NCBI GenBank assembly: GCA_021513695.1
Contig: CP084166.1
Location: forward strand, 768,001-832,000
Direction: 5' to 3'
Origin: Candidatus Heimdallarchaeum aukensis
GTDB taxonomy: Archaea > Asgardarchaeota > Heimdallarchaeia > Heimdallarchaeales > Heimdallarchaeaceae
Length of the DNA stretch: 64,000 bases
Shown here piece by piece: positions 1 through 8,620 of this stretch (its first letter is position 1; the number at the start of each line of letters is the position of its first letter). Below the pieces are notes generated by a model. It made no database searches and was not told where the DNA came from. It worked only from the letters and a program-made list of their open reading frames with translations. The translations under genes and the position numbers were made by a program.

Positions 1-1071
1 AGTCGTATTATTGTATTTAGGATAGTTCAAATCCTCTTTTCTTATAATTCCATTTTCTATTAATTTTTCAACATCTGGTTTTATTTTTTTCAATTCAGAG
101 ATAAGATGCTTTACTGTTCTACAGACTTTAGCAAAACCTTCTTCTCCCCATAACTTTGTTTTGTTTGCAAAAAGACACCTTCCTCCACACAAATCATATA
201 CTTCACAACTTAAACAAGGTTCTTCTATCAATACAGAGTTTAGAACATCAGAAGGCTTATTCTCTTTAATGTTTCCTACCACTGAAAATTCATATTCTGG
301 AGGAAGAGGACAAACTGTTATAACTCCATCAGTTCTTACAGCAAAACTTGTTAATCCTGCTTGACATGGAAGAGAAGTTTTCTTATCGTTTAAAATATTC
401 CAAAAAATACCCAAAAAAGGAACTATTCCGAGAATTTTTCCTTTTTTCATCTCTTTTAACCAATAATTAACTAATTTCGATATACCATTATTGTAATTTA
501 TGATCCAACTATCCAGATCTTTCCACCTGGTGTGTTCTATATCATCCCATAAAACATCAAGTTGCCAATGAACATGGTTAAATCCTAACTCTTCATCATT
601 CAGTAAGAAATATACATCCCGAAAAATGTCTGCTGTTTCAGAAACTGCCATTCTTGCTATTAAATCTCCTTTAAATCCTTTTTCCCTTATAATCCTGATA
701 TTATCCTTTATTTTATCAAAAACTCCTTCTCCTCTGTTAGCATCTGTAATTTCCTTATCACCATCAATAGATATTAGAATTGTTGAAAATCGCAGTAAAT
801 ACTCTTTAGATAACTTGTTTAAAAGCCATCCGTTAGTCTGAATTGTGTAATGTTCCGCATGGATCTCATCCATTACTTCTTTAATCAGTTTTAGATTAAG
901 TAGTGGTTCTCCGCCATAAAAAGCTATAGTAGGATTAGGATCTTGAGAAATAAAATTCTTCAATTGTTTGATATCCCAGCTTGCATTAACTGGTAAATCG
1001 GGATGGGGTTCATTTTGGCAATATTGACAGTAGAAATTGCACCTATTTGTCGTTACTAAAAACCAGTTCAT
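1..1071 (-). CDS. Radical SAM/SPASM-domain protein, partial. The start codon is in the window at 1071 and the C-terminus runs past position 1.
   Basis: My minus-strand translation begins MNWFLVTTNRCNFYCQYCQNEPH, giving the CxxxCxxC radical-SAM cluster motif. It ends ...EEPCLSCEVYDLCGGRC, a SPASM-type CX2CX5CX3C motif. The frame is open from 1071 down to position 1. The + strand ORFs at 161..364 and 626..841 overlap it and look spurious. Confidence 0.65.
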   Translation of the reverse strand, partial: MNWFLVTTNRCNFYCQYCQNEPHPDLPVNASWDIKQLKNFISQDPNPTIAFYGGEPLLNLKLIKEVMDEIHAEHYTIQTNGWLLNKLSKEYLLRFSTILISIDGDKEITDANRGEGVFDKIKDNIRIIREKGFKGDLIARMAVSETADIFRDVYFLLNDEELGFNHVHWQLDVLWDDIEHTRWKDLDSWIINYNNGISKLVNYWLKEMKKGKILGIVPFLGIFWNILNDKKTSLPCQAGLTSFAVRTDGVITVCPLPPEYEFSVVGNIKENKPSDVLNSVLIEEPCLSCEVYDLCGGRCLFANKTKLWGEEGFAKVCRTVKHLISELKKIKPDVEKLIENGIIRKEDLNYPKYNNTT

Positions 1072-1238
1072 TCTTACTTTCACTTGAAAAAATTTCTAGA
1101 TATTTAAAAGTGCTTTTAATTGGTCACTCCTACATATTACCTACATATTATCACAGATTAAGTTATCAAATAAAATAAATTGAATTAGGATTTAAACCTT
1201 CAAAATTAGAGGTTAATCTAAACTTAAAAGAATAATAT

Positions 1239-2219
1239 GTGATGCGTTTGAAAATAATCATTACAACAGAAACTGGAGAATTGCTATTTTCATATGATTC
1301 CTTTACTGAAAATAGAAAATACGATAACGTACTGATTACTGGGTTGATTTCTGCAATTGTGGTTCTATCCAATGAAGTAGTTAGTTCTTTTCCAAGAGAA
1401 ATCGAATTTGAAGGAAAAATTCTTTATTTTTATAGAGAAAATGAATTTATAGCAGCTTTACTTGCAGATATAGAGTCACCTTTTAATGGTAGTATTCTTC
1501 CAGTTATTTTAGGAGAATTTAAGAAAGTACAAGAAAAACATGGCTTTCCTACACATAAAGCAATGAGATATGACAAAGAAATTGCTTATGCAGTAAAAGA
1601 TTGTTTAGCCATGTATTTAGCAAACATGCAGAAAAAGATGGTCAAATTATTAGATGACACAGATGTAGCGGATTACAATTCAATTATAAAAGTTAAAGCT
1701 GTAGCTAAAGATTTTTTGAAAGATGCAGCTCAATTTTTGCCTATTGATTTAATTTGCAGAATGATTCCTGATGGAATGGATAAAATTCTTTATAGTTTGA
1801 TTGTAGGTATTCCTATTGTAATTTCAGGAAACAAAGATATTGTTGAGCAGTTAATTAATAGTCTAAGAATGCTTTGTCCTACAAGAATTTTAAAAATAAA
1901 ATTTTGGTCAGACAAATATATTACAGGATATGACATTATAGGAACAAATGACATAAAAATAGTTAAACCTTCACTTTATCAATTGTACATTGATATTAAT
2001 AACGGAATAGTTTTAGGGGGTAAATCATCACAATATTTCAAAGATATTGAATGTCAAATATGTAATCTAAATACTGTAGAAGCTTTTAACTTCATAAGAA
2101 GCGAGTTGAATTGGATTTTCCAAGCATTCGAAGAATTAAAAATAGATGTTTTTTCTAAAAAATCACTACCACTTGAAAAACAGCTAATTTTGTTTGAACT
2201 TTTAAAAAGGTTACATTAA
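1239..2219 (+). CDS. Hypothetical protein with an N-terminal roadblock/LC7-like fold
   Basis: The N-terminal ~105 aa (IIITTETGELLFSY...NVLITGLISAIVVLSNEVV...EIEFEGKILYFYRE...FIAALLADIES...ILPVILGEFKKV) follow the beta-alpha-beta-beta-alpha pattern of roadblock/MglB domains. The C-terminal ~220 aa are unassigned and have no P-loop. Confidence 0.4.
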   Translation: MMRLKIIITTETGELLFSYDSFTENRKYDNVLITGLISAIVVLSNEVVSSFPREIEFEGKILYFYRENEFIAALLADIESPFNGSILPVILGEFKKVQEKHGFPTHKAMRYDKEIAYAVKDCLAMYLANMQKKMVKLLDDTDVADYNSIIKVKAVAKDFLKDAAQFLPIDLICRMIPDGMDKILYSLIVGIPIVISGNKDIVEQLINSLRMLCPTRILKIKFWSDKYITGYDIIGTNDIKIVKPSLYQLYIDINNGIVLGGKSSQYFKDIECQICNLNTVEAFNFIRSELNWIFQAFEELKIDVFSKKSLPLEKQLILFELLKRLH

Positions 2220-2278
2220 AATTTCAATTACGAAAAAACTATTAATAACCATTTTTAATTTAGATTAAACTTTAAATA

Positions 2279-2599
2279 GTGATGATTGTGGAGAAAAAAT
2301 CTAAAACTACTATAAAAAAATGGATTTCAAATTTAGATATCAGAAAATTAAGTTTTAGAGGAAAACTCATAATAATTATTTCATTTCTCCTTATCAGTTC
2401 TGCAATCATAATTAATTACATCAATAACTTTCAAGGAAAGATAGTAAAATATTCTGTTTGGATTCTTTTCGGTTGGTTTTTTCTCATAATAATTTTCTAT
2501 ATATCAATTAAACTACTCTCATTCACAGTTCTACGAAATAAGCAACAAAAGTTAAAAGAAGAAATAGAAAGTGATAAATTTGATCAGAGTAAAGATTAA
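2279..2599 (+). CDS. Small membrane protein with 2 predicted TM helices. It may be the first part of a frameshifted larger membrane-protein gene.
   Basis: Hydrophobic stretches LIIIISFLLISSAIIINYI and VWILFGWFFLIIIFYISIKLL. Its last 29 nt overlap the next ORF. Confidence 0.35.
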   Translation: MMIVEKKSKTTIKKWISNLDIRKLSFRGKLIIIISFLLISSAIIINYINNFQGKIVKYSVWILFGWFFLIIIFYISIKLLSFTVLRNKQQKLKEEIESDKFDQSKD

Positions 2600-2900
2600 A
2601 CCAAAAATTGCACACGTTGTTTTTGAAATTATAGCACTACTTGCAGCCATTGCAGGTTCTCTTTACATTGCTTCTATTGCTAATAAAATTGTATTATGGA
2701 TTTTTGAGACAATAATTGTCATTGTTCTGCTTTTCTTTGGTGGAAAGAGTATATACAATAAAATGAAACCATTTTATGTTTCAGCTCCCTTAAGAGAAGA
2801 CATGATAAAGGATCAAGAAGGTAGAAAGAGAATAATAACAGAACCTACAAAAAGAGGATTAACCAATGAAGACAAAGAAATTCAAAAAAATGACGAATAG
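2571..2900 (+). CDS. Small membrane protein with 2 TM helices and a GTG start. It could instead be a continuation of the preceding ORF after a frameshift.
   Basis: There is no ATG at its 5' end. TM stretches are VVFEIIALLAAIAGSLYIASI and IVLWIFETIIVIVLLFFGG. It sits in the +1 frame relative to 2279..2599. Confidence 0.3.
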   Translation: MINLIRVKIKPKIAHVVFEIIALLAAIAGSLYIASIANKIVLWIFETIIVIVLLFFGGKSIYNKMKPFYVSAPLREDMIKDQEGRKRIITEPTKRGLTNEDKEIQKNDE

Positions 2901-3096
2901 AGAATATTCAAGAGTCTATGCTACTGTTTTTCTTTTAATAATTAGTTTTCCTGTTGTTTTTATATCACAAAAATATATAGTTCCTTTTTTAGGAAATTAT
3001 GAAACAATTTATTGGTTTAGCGTTTTTTTATTACTTTCTTTTACTTTTCCCTTATTTAATTCAATTTTTTCAAAGATCATAGATAAAGAAAAATGA
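2866..3096 (+). CDS. Small membrane protein with 2 TM helices
   Basis: ATG start. TM stretches are VYATVFLLIISFPVVFI and IYWFSVFLLLSFTFPLF. It overlaps the previous ORF by 35 nt at an A7 homopolymer. Confidence 0.35.
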   Translation: MKTKKFKKMTNREYSRVYATVFLLIISFPVVFISQKYIVPFLGNYETIYWFSVFLLLSFTFPLFNSIFSKIIDKEK

Positions 3097-3181
3097 ATTA
3101 AACAATTCCCGACATTAATCGCAAAATAATGATTGGTGTAAGACACACATTTATATACCCTAATAAGGATATATTCAAAAA

Positions 3182-3400
3182 ATGACTGAAAGAATTATCC
3201 CTTTAATCTCACATTGTAAACAAGAAAAGATATCTATTTCACTACTTCTTTCTTCTTTAAGACTAATAGAAAAAGGCTTGATAAGAAAACAGTCTGAACT
3301 TAATGAATATCTCAAAAGAAGAGCAAAATATGAACCTCGAATCTTGAAAGATATTGAAAAAGTAGAAAGGTTGATTGTTGAAAGTAATATCATCAAATAA
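3182..3400 (+). CDS. Hypothetical small K/E-rich protein, tentative
   Basis: It runs in the same direction as the preceding small ORFs. It is mutually exclusive with the antisense ORF 3175..3396, and the choice between them is weak. Confidence 0.2.
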   Translation: MTERIIPLISHCKQEKISISLLLSSLRLIEKGLIRKQSELNEYLKRRAKYEPRILKDIEKVERLIVESNIIK

Positions 3401-3405
3401 TTAAA

Positions 3406-4782
3406 TCATTCTATAACTTTCTTTCTTTTAGCATATTGTATCAGCATTTTAATGGCATAAGCAGCTTCTCGTGGATTTAGAAATATGGGACTACTTTCTT
3501 TTTTGGCTATTCTCTTAGATTCATTTAACAAATTTCCACTCATGAATATGGGAATTATAGGTTTCTTTCTACCTGTTTCATTCCACGCTCTAATAACTCC
3601 TTCATAATGTTCTGATGTGGTCATTCCTAAAAATGTGGGTATTACTGCAATTGGAACAACAATATCAATGTTAGGATCTTCTAGCATTGCTTTAGTTACT
3701 TCATAGTACTCTTTTCCAGTTGCTCCTGCTATCATATCCAGAGGATTAACCTTTTTTACTAAAGGAATCAAAAAAGGATCAATTTTCTCTTTGAACTCTT
3801 CAGTAAATGTGGCTAGTTTTAGTCCGAAATCATCCGCAAAATCACTGAACATCACTGCACTTCCTCCACTATTTGTTAGTACTCCTATTTTTTCGCCTTT
3901 AGGAAGTGGAAGAAATGAAAAAGCTTTAATTGCAGCAATGTAATCTGTGATACTTTCACACATTATGGCTCCTGCTTGTTTAACTGCTGTTTTTAGAGAA
4001 CTATAGTCTGTAGCCATAGAACCTGTATGGCTTGAAGCTGCTCCCATTCCAGTAGCAGTTCTTCCTCCTTTAAGTACAACAACGGGTTTATCTTTTGCTA
4101 CTTCATGTAGTTCTTCATAAAATACTCTTCCATCAACAACATTTTCTAAATAAATAGTTACCACTTTTGTGTTTTCATCTTCCTTATAGAACCTTAAAAC
4201 ATCTGTTAAATTTATGTCTGCCATATTTCCTAAATTTGCAAATTTAGAGAATCCTAATCCTTGCCAAACCATTTCATACAAAACTATTGCCCCAACTGAA
4301 CCTGATTGTGTAATCATGCTTACATTTCCTTTAGGTGGGGTTTGAATGAATGATGCATTCATTCCTATATCTACATTTTGTATTCCTACACAGTTAGGTC
4401 CTATTAACCTTATTCCTGCATCTTTCAATTTTTGAGATAACTGTTCTTGCACTTTTCTTCCTTCTTCATTAATTTCTGCAAAACCAGCAGTTACGATAAT
4501 AATCCTCTTAACTTTTTTCTCTATACATTCATCGACAACATGAGGAACAATCTTTGCAGGAACAAGTAAAATCGCTAAATCGATCTCATCTGGTATTTCT
4601 AGTACAGACTTATATGCTTTTAATCCTCCAATAGTTTCAGCTTTAGGATGAACAGGACACAATTTTGCTTTCAGATCTTTATTCTCCATTAAGTTAGCTG
4701 TTACAGCATGTCCAAACTTTTTTTCATTATCTGTCGCACCAATAATTGCAATAGAATCTGGATAGAAAAACTTCCTAGTCAT
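3406..4782 (-). CDS. Acetyl-CoA synthetase (ADP-forming) alpha subunit / NDP-forming acyl-CoA synthetase alpha (CoA-binding plus ligase-CoA domains)
   Basis: SIAIIGATDN CoA-binding N-terminus, GPNCVGI, ITQSGSVG and the phosphohistidine loop GAASSHTGSMA. The 458-aa length is typical of the ACD alpha subunit. Confidence 0.85.
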   Translation of the reverse strand: MTRKFFYPDSIAIIGATDNEKKFGHAVTANLMENKDLKAKLCPVHPKAETIGGLKAYKSVLEIPDEIDLAILLVPAKIVPHVVDECIEKKVKRIIIVTAGFAEINEEGRKVQEQLSQKLKDAGIRLIGPNCVGIQNVDIGMNASFIQTPPKGNVSMITQSGSVGAIVLYEMVWQGLGFSKFANLGNMADINLTDVLRFYKEDENTKVVTIYLENVVDGRVFYEELHEVAKDKPVVVLKGGRTATGMGAASSHTGSMATDYSSLKTAVKQAGAIMCESITDYIAAIKAFSFLPLPKGEKIGVLTNSGGSAVMFSDFADDFGLKLATFTEEFKEKIDPFLIPLVKKVNPLDMIAGATGKEYYEVTKAMLEDPNIDIVVPIAVIPTFLGMTTSEHYEGVIRAWNETGRKKPIIPIFMSGNLLNESKRIAKKESSPIFLNPREAAYAIKMLIQYAKRKKVIE

Positions 4783-4872
4783 TGTTCTTTTTAGAAATTG
4801 TGTCCTTTTAATTTTTTCTTATTGAACTAAAAAAAGAGTGAAAAAGAGTTTTCAAAATATTAAGACGATTTT

Positions 4873-5835
4873 TTATTGGTTTATATATCCGTGCTCAATT
4901 ACACACTTATCAGCGTCTAGATTTAAAACACTTATAGTATACTTTTTGATGTCATCATAACTTGTACTCGTCTTATCTATAAGATCAGCGAGAATATCAA
5001 GCAACCTCCTAGCTTCCTCGTGACTTTCATCAGTTTTTATTACCAATCCAAAGATATGAGATTGTGAAGAACGGAGAATGAATTTATAGTCTTTAGACAT
5101 GATAAACTGAATAATATTTTGTTCATTGAAAGTTTTTTTTGCAAAAGTTTGTATAGCTGAGAGAAAACCAGAATAGAGAGATATTTTATCTGAAAGTTTT
5201 TTCTTTGAGATACTTAAAATTGGCAATCCATCTCTATCTGCAAGTAAAAAAGACTCAGGAGTAACTTTTCTTTTTTGAATAAGTTTAGATAACTGATTTT
5301 GTAACCAATATAGGACAGAATCAAAATTTTCTCCAGTTTGCATGCTTATCTTAAAAAATTGAAAAGAGGCATTTGGAATCATAGCGAGATTATATATTTC
5401 CACGGTATTGATAATTTCTTCCAGGTTCATACTATTTTCTAAATCTGCTTTGTTACACAGAAATAGAATTAGAAACTCATCTCCGTTATCTTTTAACTTT
5501 ATTGACTTCCAAAATTCTTCTTTTGCTTCAAGTAATGATTCTCTATCTGAAGAATCAATGATAAAAATTATCCCATAAGCTAACTTAATGTAATTTTCCC
5601 AGATAGTCTTTCTAAAAACTTCTTGTCCCCCTAAATCAAAAATATTTACTTTTAGATCAAATAGTTCATATTGTTCTAACTGAACCCCCATAGTTGGTTT
5701 AGGACTAGTGAATTTTCCTGTGAGAATTCTGTTAACAAAAGTAGTTTTTCCAGCATTAGGTAAACCTAAAATTACTAAAGGAATTCCTTTTTTCTCAAAA
5801 GAAAGTAGTTTTTCAGATATTTTCTTCTTACTCAA
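4873..5835 (-). CDS. Arf/Sar/Rag-like small GTPase fused to a C-terminal roadblock-like domain
   Basis: G1 is GLPNAGKTT, G2 is PTMGV, G3 is DLGGQE (Arf-type), G4 is NKAD and G5 is SMQTG. The C-terminal ~140 aa (LLADRDGLPILSIS...FLSAIQTF...) resemble roadblock/LC7. Confidence 0.75.
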   Translation of the reverse strand: MSKKKISEKLLSFEKKGIPLVILGLPNAGKTTFVNRILTGKFTSPKPTMGVQLEQYELFDLKVNIFDLGGQEVFRKTIWENYIKLAYGIIFIIDSSDRESLLEAKEEFWKSIKLKDNGDEFLILFLCNKADLENSMNLEEIINTVEIYNLAMIPNASFQFFKISMQTGENFDSVLYWLQNQLSKLIQKRKVTPESFLLADRDGLPILSISKKKLSDKISLYSGFLSAIQTFAKKTFNEQNIIQFIMSKDYKFILRSSQSHIFGLVIKTDESHEEARRLLDILADLIDKTSTSYDDIKKYTISVLNLDADKCVIEHGYINQ

Positions 5836-6016
5836 TTTCGTTTAAACATGTTTAAAACAATTAATAAATATATTGATAATAATAAAGAAACAAGATAATT
5901 CTAATTAAAAGCGTACATTTATTCTATTAAATTTAGGAGTGCGCTCAAGGAACTTATGATTACAGCATATCTTTTTTATATTAAAAGAGTAATTTGAAGC
6001 TAGAAAGGTGAAATAA

Positions 6017-6961
6017 TTGACAAAAAGGATTTTAGTAACTGGTAGTTACGGACAAATTGGTCAAGTTCTTGTTCCTGCTCTAATGAATAGATATGGAAAA
6101 GAAAATATTATTGCAACAGGAAGAAAAAAGATTCCTTCAGTTTTTAAAGAAAAAGATGTTCATTATCATCGATTGGATGTTCGAGACTTAGCACAAATGC
6201 AGACTCTTCTCGTTGAACACGATATCGATATCTTAATTCATAATGCATCTGTTCTTTCTGCTACAGGAGAAAAAAATCCTCAACTTGCACATTCAATTAA
6301 TTTTGAAGGTTTTTATAATGCTTTAGAAGCCACAAGAATGCTAAATCTTGAACAACTTTTTGCTCCAAGTTCTATTGCAGCTTTTGGCCCATCTACTCCA
6401 AGAGAGAATACTCCTAATGATGTAATCACTCGACCTACTACAATATATGGAATAAGTAAAGTCTATATAGAGCTAATGGGAGAGTACTATCATCAGAAAT
6501 ATGGTTTGGACTTTAGATCTCTTCGTTATCCTGGAGTAATTTCTCCTGAAGAACCTGGCGGTGGAACAACAGATTGGGCAATATGGATTTTCTGGGAAGC
6601 TTTACGTAATAAAAAATACACTTGCTTCTTAAAAGAAGATACTTCTCTTCCAATGATGTATATGCCAGACTGTATTAAATCCACTATTGATTTAATTGAA
6701 GCAGATAATTCAAAGCTTGAACATCGTTCATTTAATGTAACCGCATTTAGTTTAGCTCCCAAAGATTTAGTAGAACCTATAAGAGAGGTTATTCCTGAAT
6801 TTAAAATAGCATATGAACCTGATTTTAGACAACAAATTGCTGAATCTTGGCCAGCTTCAATTGATGACAGTGTAGCTAGAAAAGAATGGGGTTGGAAACC
6901 TGATTACGATATTCCTGCTATGACAAAAGATATGCTAGAAAAAATATCCAAAATGATTTAA
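6017..6961 (+). CDS. NAD-dependent epimerase/dehydratase-family enzyme of the extended SDR class, probably L-threonine 3-dehydrogenase-like
   Basis: ILVTGSYGQIGQVL is a Rossmann GxxGxxG motif. YGISKVYIELMGEYY carries the catalytic YxxxK. The gene uses a TTG start with an AGGTGA Shine-Dalgarno 8 nt upstream. Confidence 0.7.
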   Translation: MTKRILVTGSYGQIGQVLVPALMNRYGKENIIATGRKKIPSVFKEKDVHYHRLDVRDLAQMQTLLVEHDIDILIHNASVLSATGEKNPQLAHSINFEGFYNALEATRMLNLEQLFAPSSIAAFGPSTPRENTPNDVITRPTTIYGISKVYIELMGEYYHQKYGLDFRSLRYPGVISPEEPGGGTTDWAIWIFWEALRNKKYTCFLKEDTSLPMMYMPDCIKSTIDLIEADNSKLEHRSFNVTAFSLAPKDLVEPIREVIPEFKIAYEPDFRQQIAESWPASIDDSVARKEWGWKPDYDIPAMTKDMLEKISKMI

Positions 6962-7104
6962 TTTATTTTGCATTAGTATGTAAAATTCTTTAGCAAATTT
7001 TTTTTCCATTTTTTATAGTTTAGGACTTTTTAAGCACAATGATTATTTGAAAAATATCATCTTTAAGAAAAATTAAAAAGGAAAAAACAAATGAACGGAA
7101 TGGA

Positions 7105-8541
7105 ATGAAAATAATGAAAGAAGGATTAACTTTTGATGATGTTCTTCTTATTCCTAAACGTTCCTCTGTCCGCTCTAGACGAGAAATAGATACTTCTACA
7201 CAGTTATCTAAGAATATTAGATTGAACATCCCTATAGTAAGTGCAAATATGGACACAGTTACAGAAAGTGCGATGGCTATTGTTATGGCACAACAAGGAG
7301 GAATAGGAATCATACATCGATTTATGCCTATAGTTGAACAAGTAAACGAAGTTAACAAAGTTAAACGTGCTGAAATGATAAGAATTGACAATCCTTATTG
7401 CTTAAAGCCTGAAACCTCGTTACAAGAAGCTAAAGAGTTTATGAAAGAAAAAGGAATATCAGGATTGCTCATTACAGATAACAATAACATTTTACAAGGA
7501 ATTCTTACTTCACGAGACATTAAATTTACAGAAGATGAAAATGTTTTAGTAAAAGAACTAATGTCAACAGATCTTATTACAGCAAGACCAGATATTTCGA
7601 TTGAGGAAGCAAAAAATATTCTAAAGAAGAATAGAATTGAAAAACTTCCCCTTGTTGATGAAAAAGGAGTAGTAAGAGGACTAATAACAGCAACAGATAT
7701 TATCAAGGCTAAAATATTACCTAAAGCAAGTAAGGATTCTAAAGGAAGGTTAAGAGTAGGTGCAGCAATAGGAGTAGTAGGAGATTATTTAGAAAGAGCA
7801 GAAGCCCTTTATAATGCTGGAGCTGATGTTCTAGTTTTAGATATCGCACATGGTCATTCAGATTTGGCAATAAATGCAATAAAAGAAATTAGAAAGAATC
7901 TTGGAGATGTAGAATTAATTTCGGGAAATGTTGCTACAGCAGAAGGAGCAAAAGATCTAATTGAAGCGGGTAGTGATGGAATTAAAACTGGAGTGGGGCC
8001 AGGTTCAATATGTATAACAAGAGTAGTGGCAGGAGCTGGTGTTCCACAACTTACAGCTATAATTGAAACATCAAAAGTAGCTAAAGACTATGGGGTGCCT
8101 GTAATCGCAGACGGAGGCATTCGTACTTCAGGAGATATTACTAAGGCTATAGCTGCAGGAGCACAAACAGTTATGATTGGAAGCTTACTAGCAGGAACTG
8201 AAGAAAGTCCTGGAGCAGCTATTCTAAGACATGGGAGAAGATATAAAGTTGTCAGAGGAATGGCTTCTCTTGGAGCTACATTAGGTCGAGAAGCAAAAGA
8301 AAAGAAAGGAAGTTTTGACGAATTTGATTTAGGTTCTGTGGTTCCAGAAGGAGTAGAAGCAATGGTGCCATATCGTGGTTCAGCAGTAGACGTATTGAAT
8401 CAGCTAGTAGGTGGATTTAGAAGTGGTGTAAGTTACTGCGGAGCTTCTTCGATTCCAGAAATGCAAGAAAAAGCAGAATTTATAAAAATAACCTCTGCAG
8501 GAAGAAAAGAATCAACATCACATGATGTAGAATTAATTTAA
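7105..8541 (+). CDS. guaB: Inosine-5'-monophosphate dehydrogenase
   Basis: The N-terminus [13 protein letters not shown], a CBS pair in the middle, and the catalytic loop [15 protein letters not shown] followed by GVPQLTAI...ADGGIR. The protein is 478 aa. The true start may be the second ATG, at 7114. Confidence 0.9.
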   Translation: MKIMKEGLTFDDVLLIPKRSSVRSRREIDTSTQLSKNIRLNIPIVSANMDTVTESAMAIVMAQQGGIGIIHRFMPIVEQVNEVNKVKRAEMIRIDNPYCLKPETSLQEAKEFMKEKGISGLLITDNNNILQGILTSRDIKFTEDENVLVKELMSTDLITARPDISIEEAKNILKKNRIEKLPLVDEKGVVRGLITATDIIKAKILPKASKDSKGRLRVGAAIGVVGDYLERAEALYNAGADVLVLDIAHGHSDLAINAIKEIRKNLGDVELISGNVATAEGAKDLIEAGSDGIKTGVGPGSICITRVVAGAGVPQLTAIIETSKVAKDYGVPVIADGGIRTSGDITKAIAAGAQTVMIGSLLAGTEESPGAAILRHGRRYKVVRGMASLGATLGREAKEKKGSFDEFDLGSVVPEGVEAMVPYRGSAVDVLNQLVGGFRSGVSYCGASSIPEMQEKAEFIKITSAGRKESTSHDVELI

Positions 8542-8586
8542 ATTGAAACTTTTTAAACACAATTTTAATTTTTTTTTAAAAAAATA

Positions 8587-8594
8587 TTTATAAA
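8587..8594 (+). promoter_or_regulatory. Putative archaeal TATA box (TTTATAAA) for the gene starting at 8621
   Basis: TTTATAAA is centred about 31 nt upstream of the ATG at 8621, which implies a leaderless or very short-leader transcript. It is flanked by an A/T palindrome, tttttttaaaaaaa. Confidence 0.3.
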
Positions 8595-8620
8595 CTTATA
8601 AACTTGGTTTATCCTAACAA

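Noticed and set aside
19-40. A tRNA T-arm-like sequence, aggatAGTTCAAatcct
   Set aside because: It lies inside the radical SAM coding region at the very edge of the window. There is no acceptor stem or anticodon arm, and the base composition is AT-rich. I take it as a chance match.
161-841. Track ORFs 161..364 (+) and 626..841 (+)
   Set aside because: Both lie entirely inside the much longer minus-strand radical SAM/SPASM reading frame, and their products are low-complexity.
1239-2219. A GNKD tetrapeptide in the C-terminal half of the roadblock-like protein, as a possible GTPase G4 motif
   Set aside because: There is no P-loop (GxxxxGK[ST]) and no DxxG anywhere in the protein. An isolated NKD is not evidence of a GTPase fold.
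3175-3396. Minus-strand ORF antisense to 3182..3400
   Set aside because: It is mutually exclusive with the + strand ORF. The + strand is co-directional with its neighbors, but neither ORF is strongly supported.
7020-7706. ORFs 7020..7391 (-) and 7395..7706 (-)
   Set aside because: They are antisense to the high-confidence IMPDH gene. Their products are hydrophobic and low-complexity, as expected from translating an AT-rich antisense strand.
8567-8580. The tttttttaaaaaaa palindrome as a functional inverted repeat
   Set aside because: An A/T homopolymer palindrome is expected by chance at this base composition. I noted it only as flanking the candidate TATA box.
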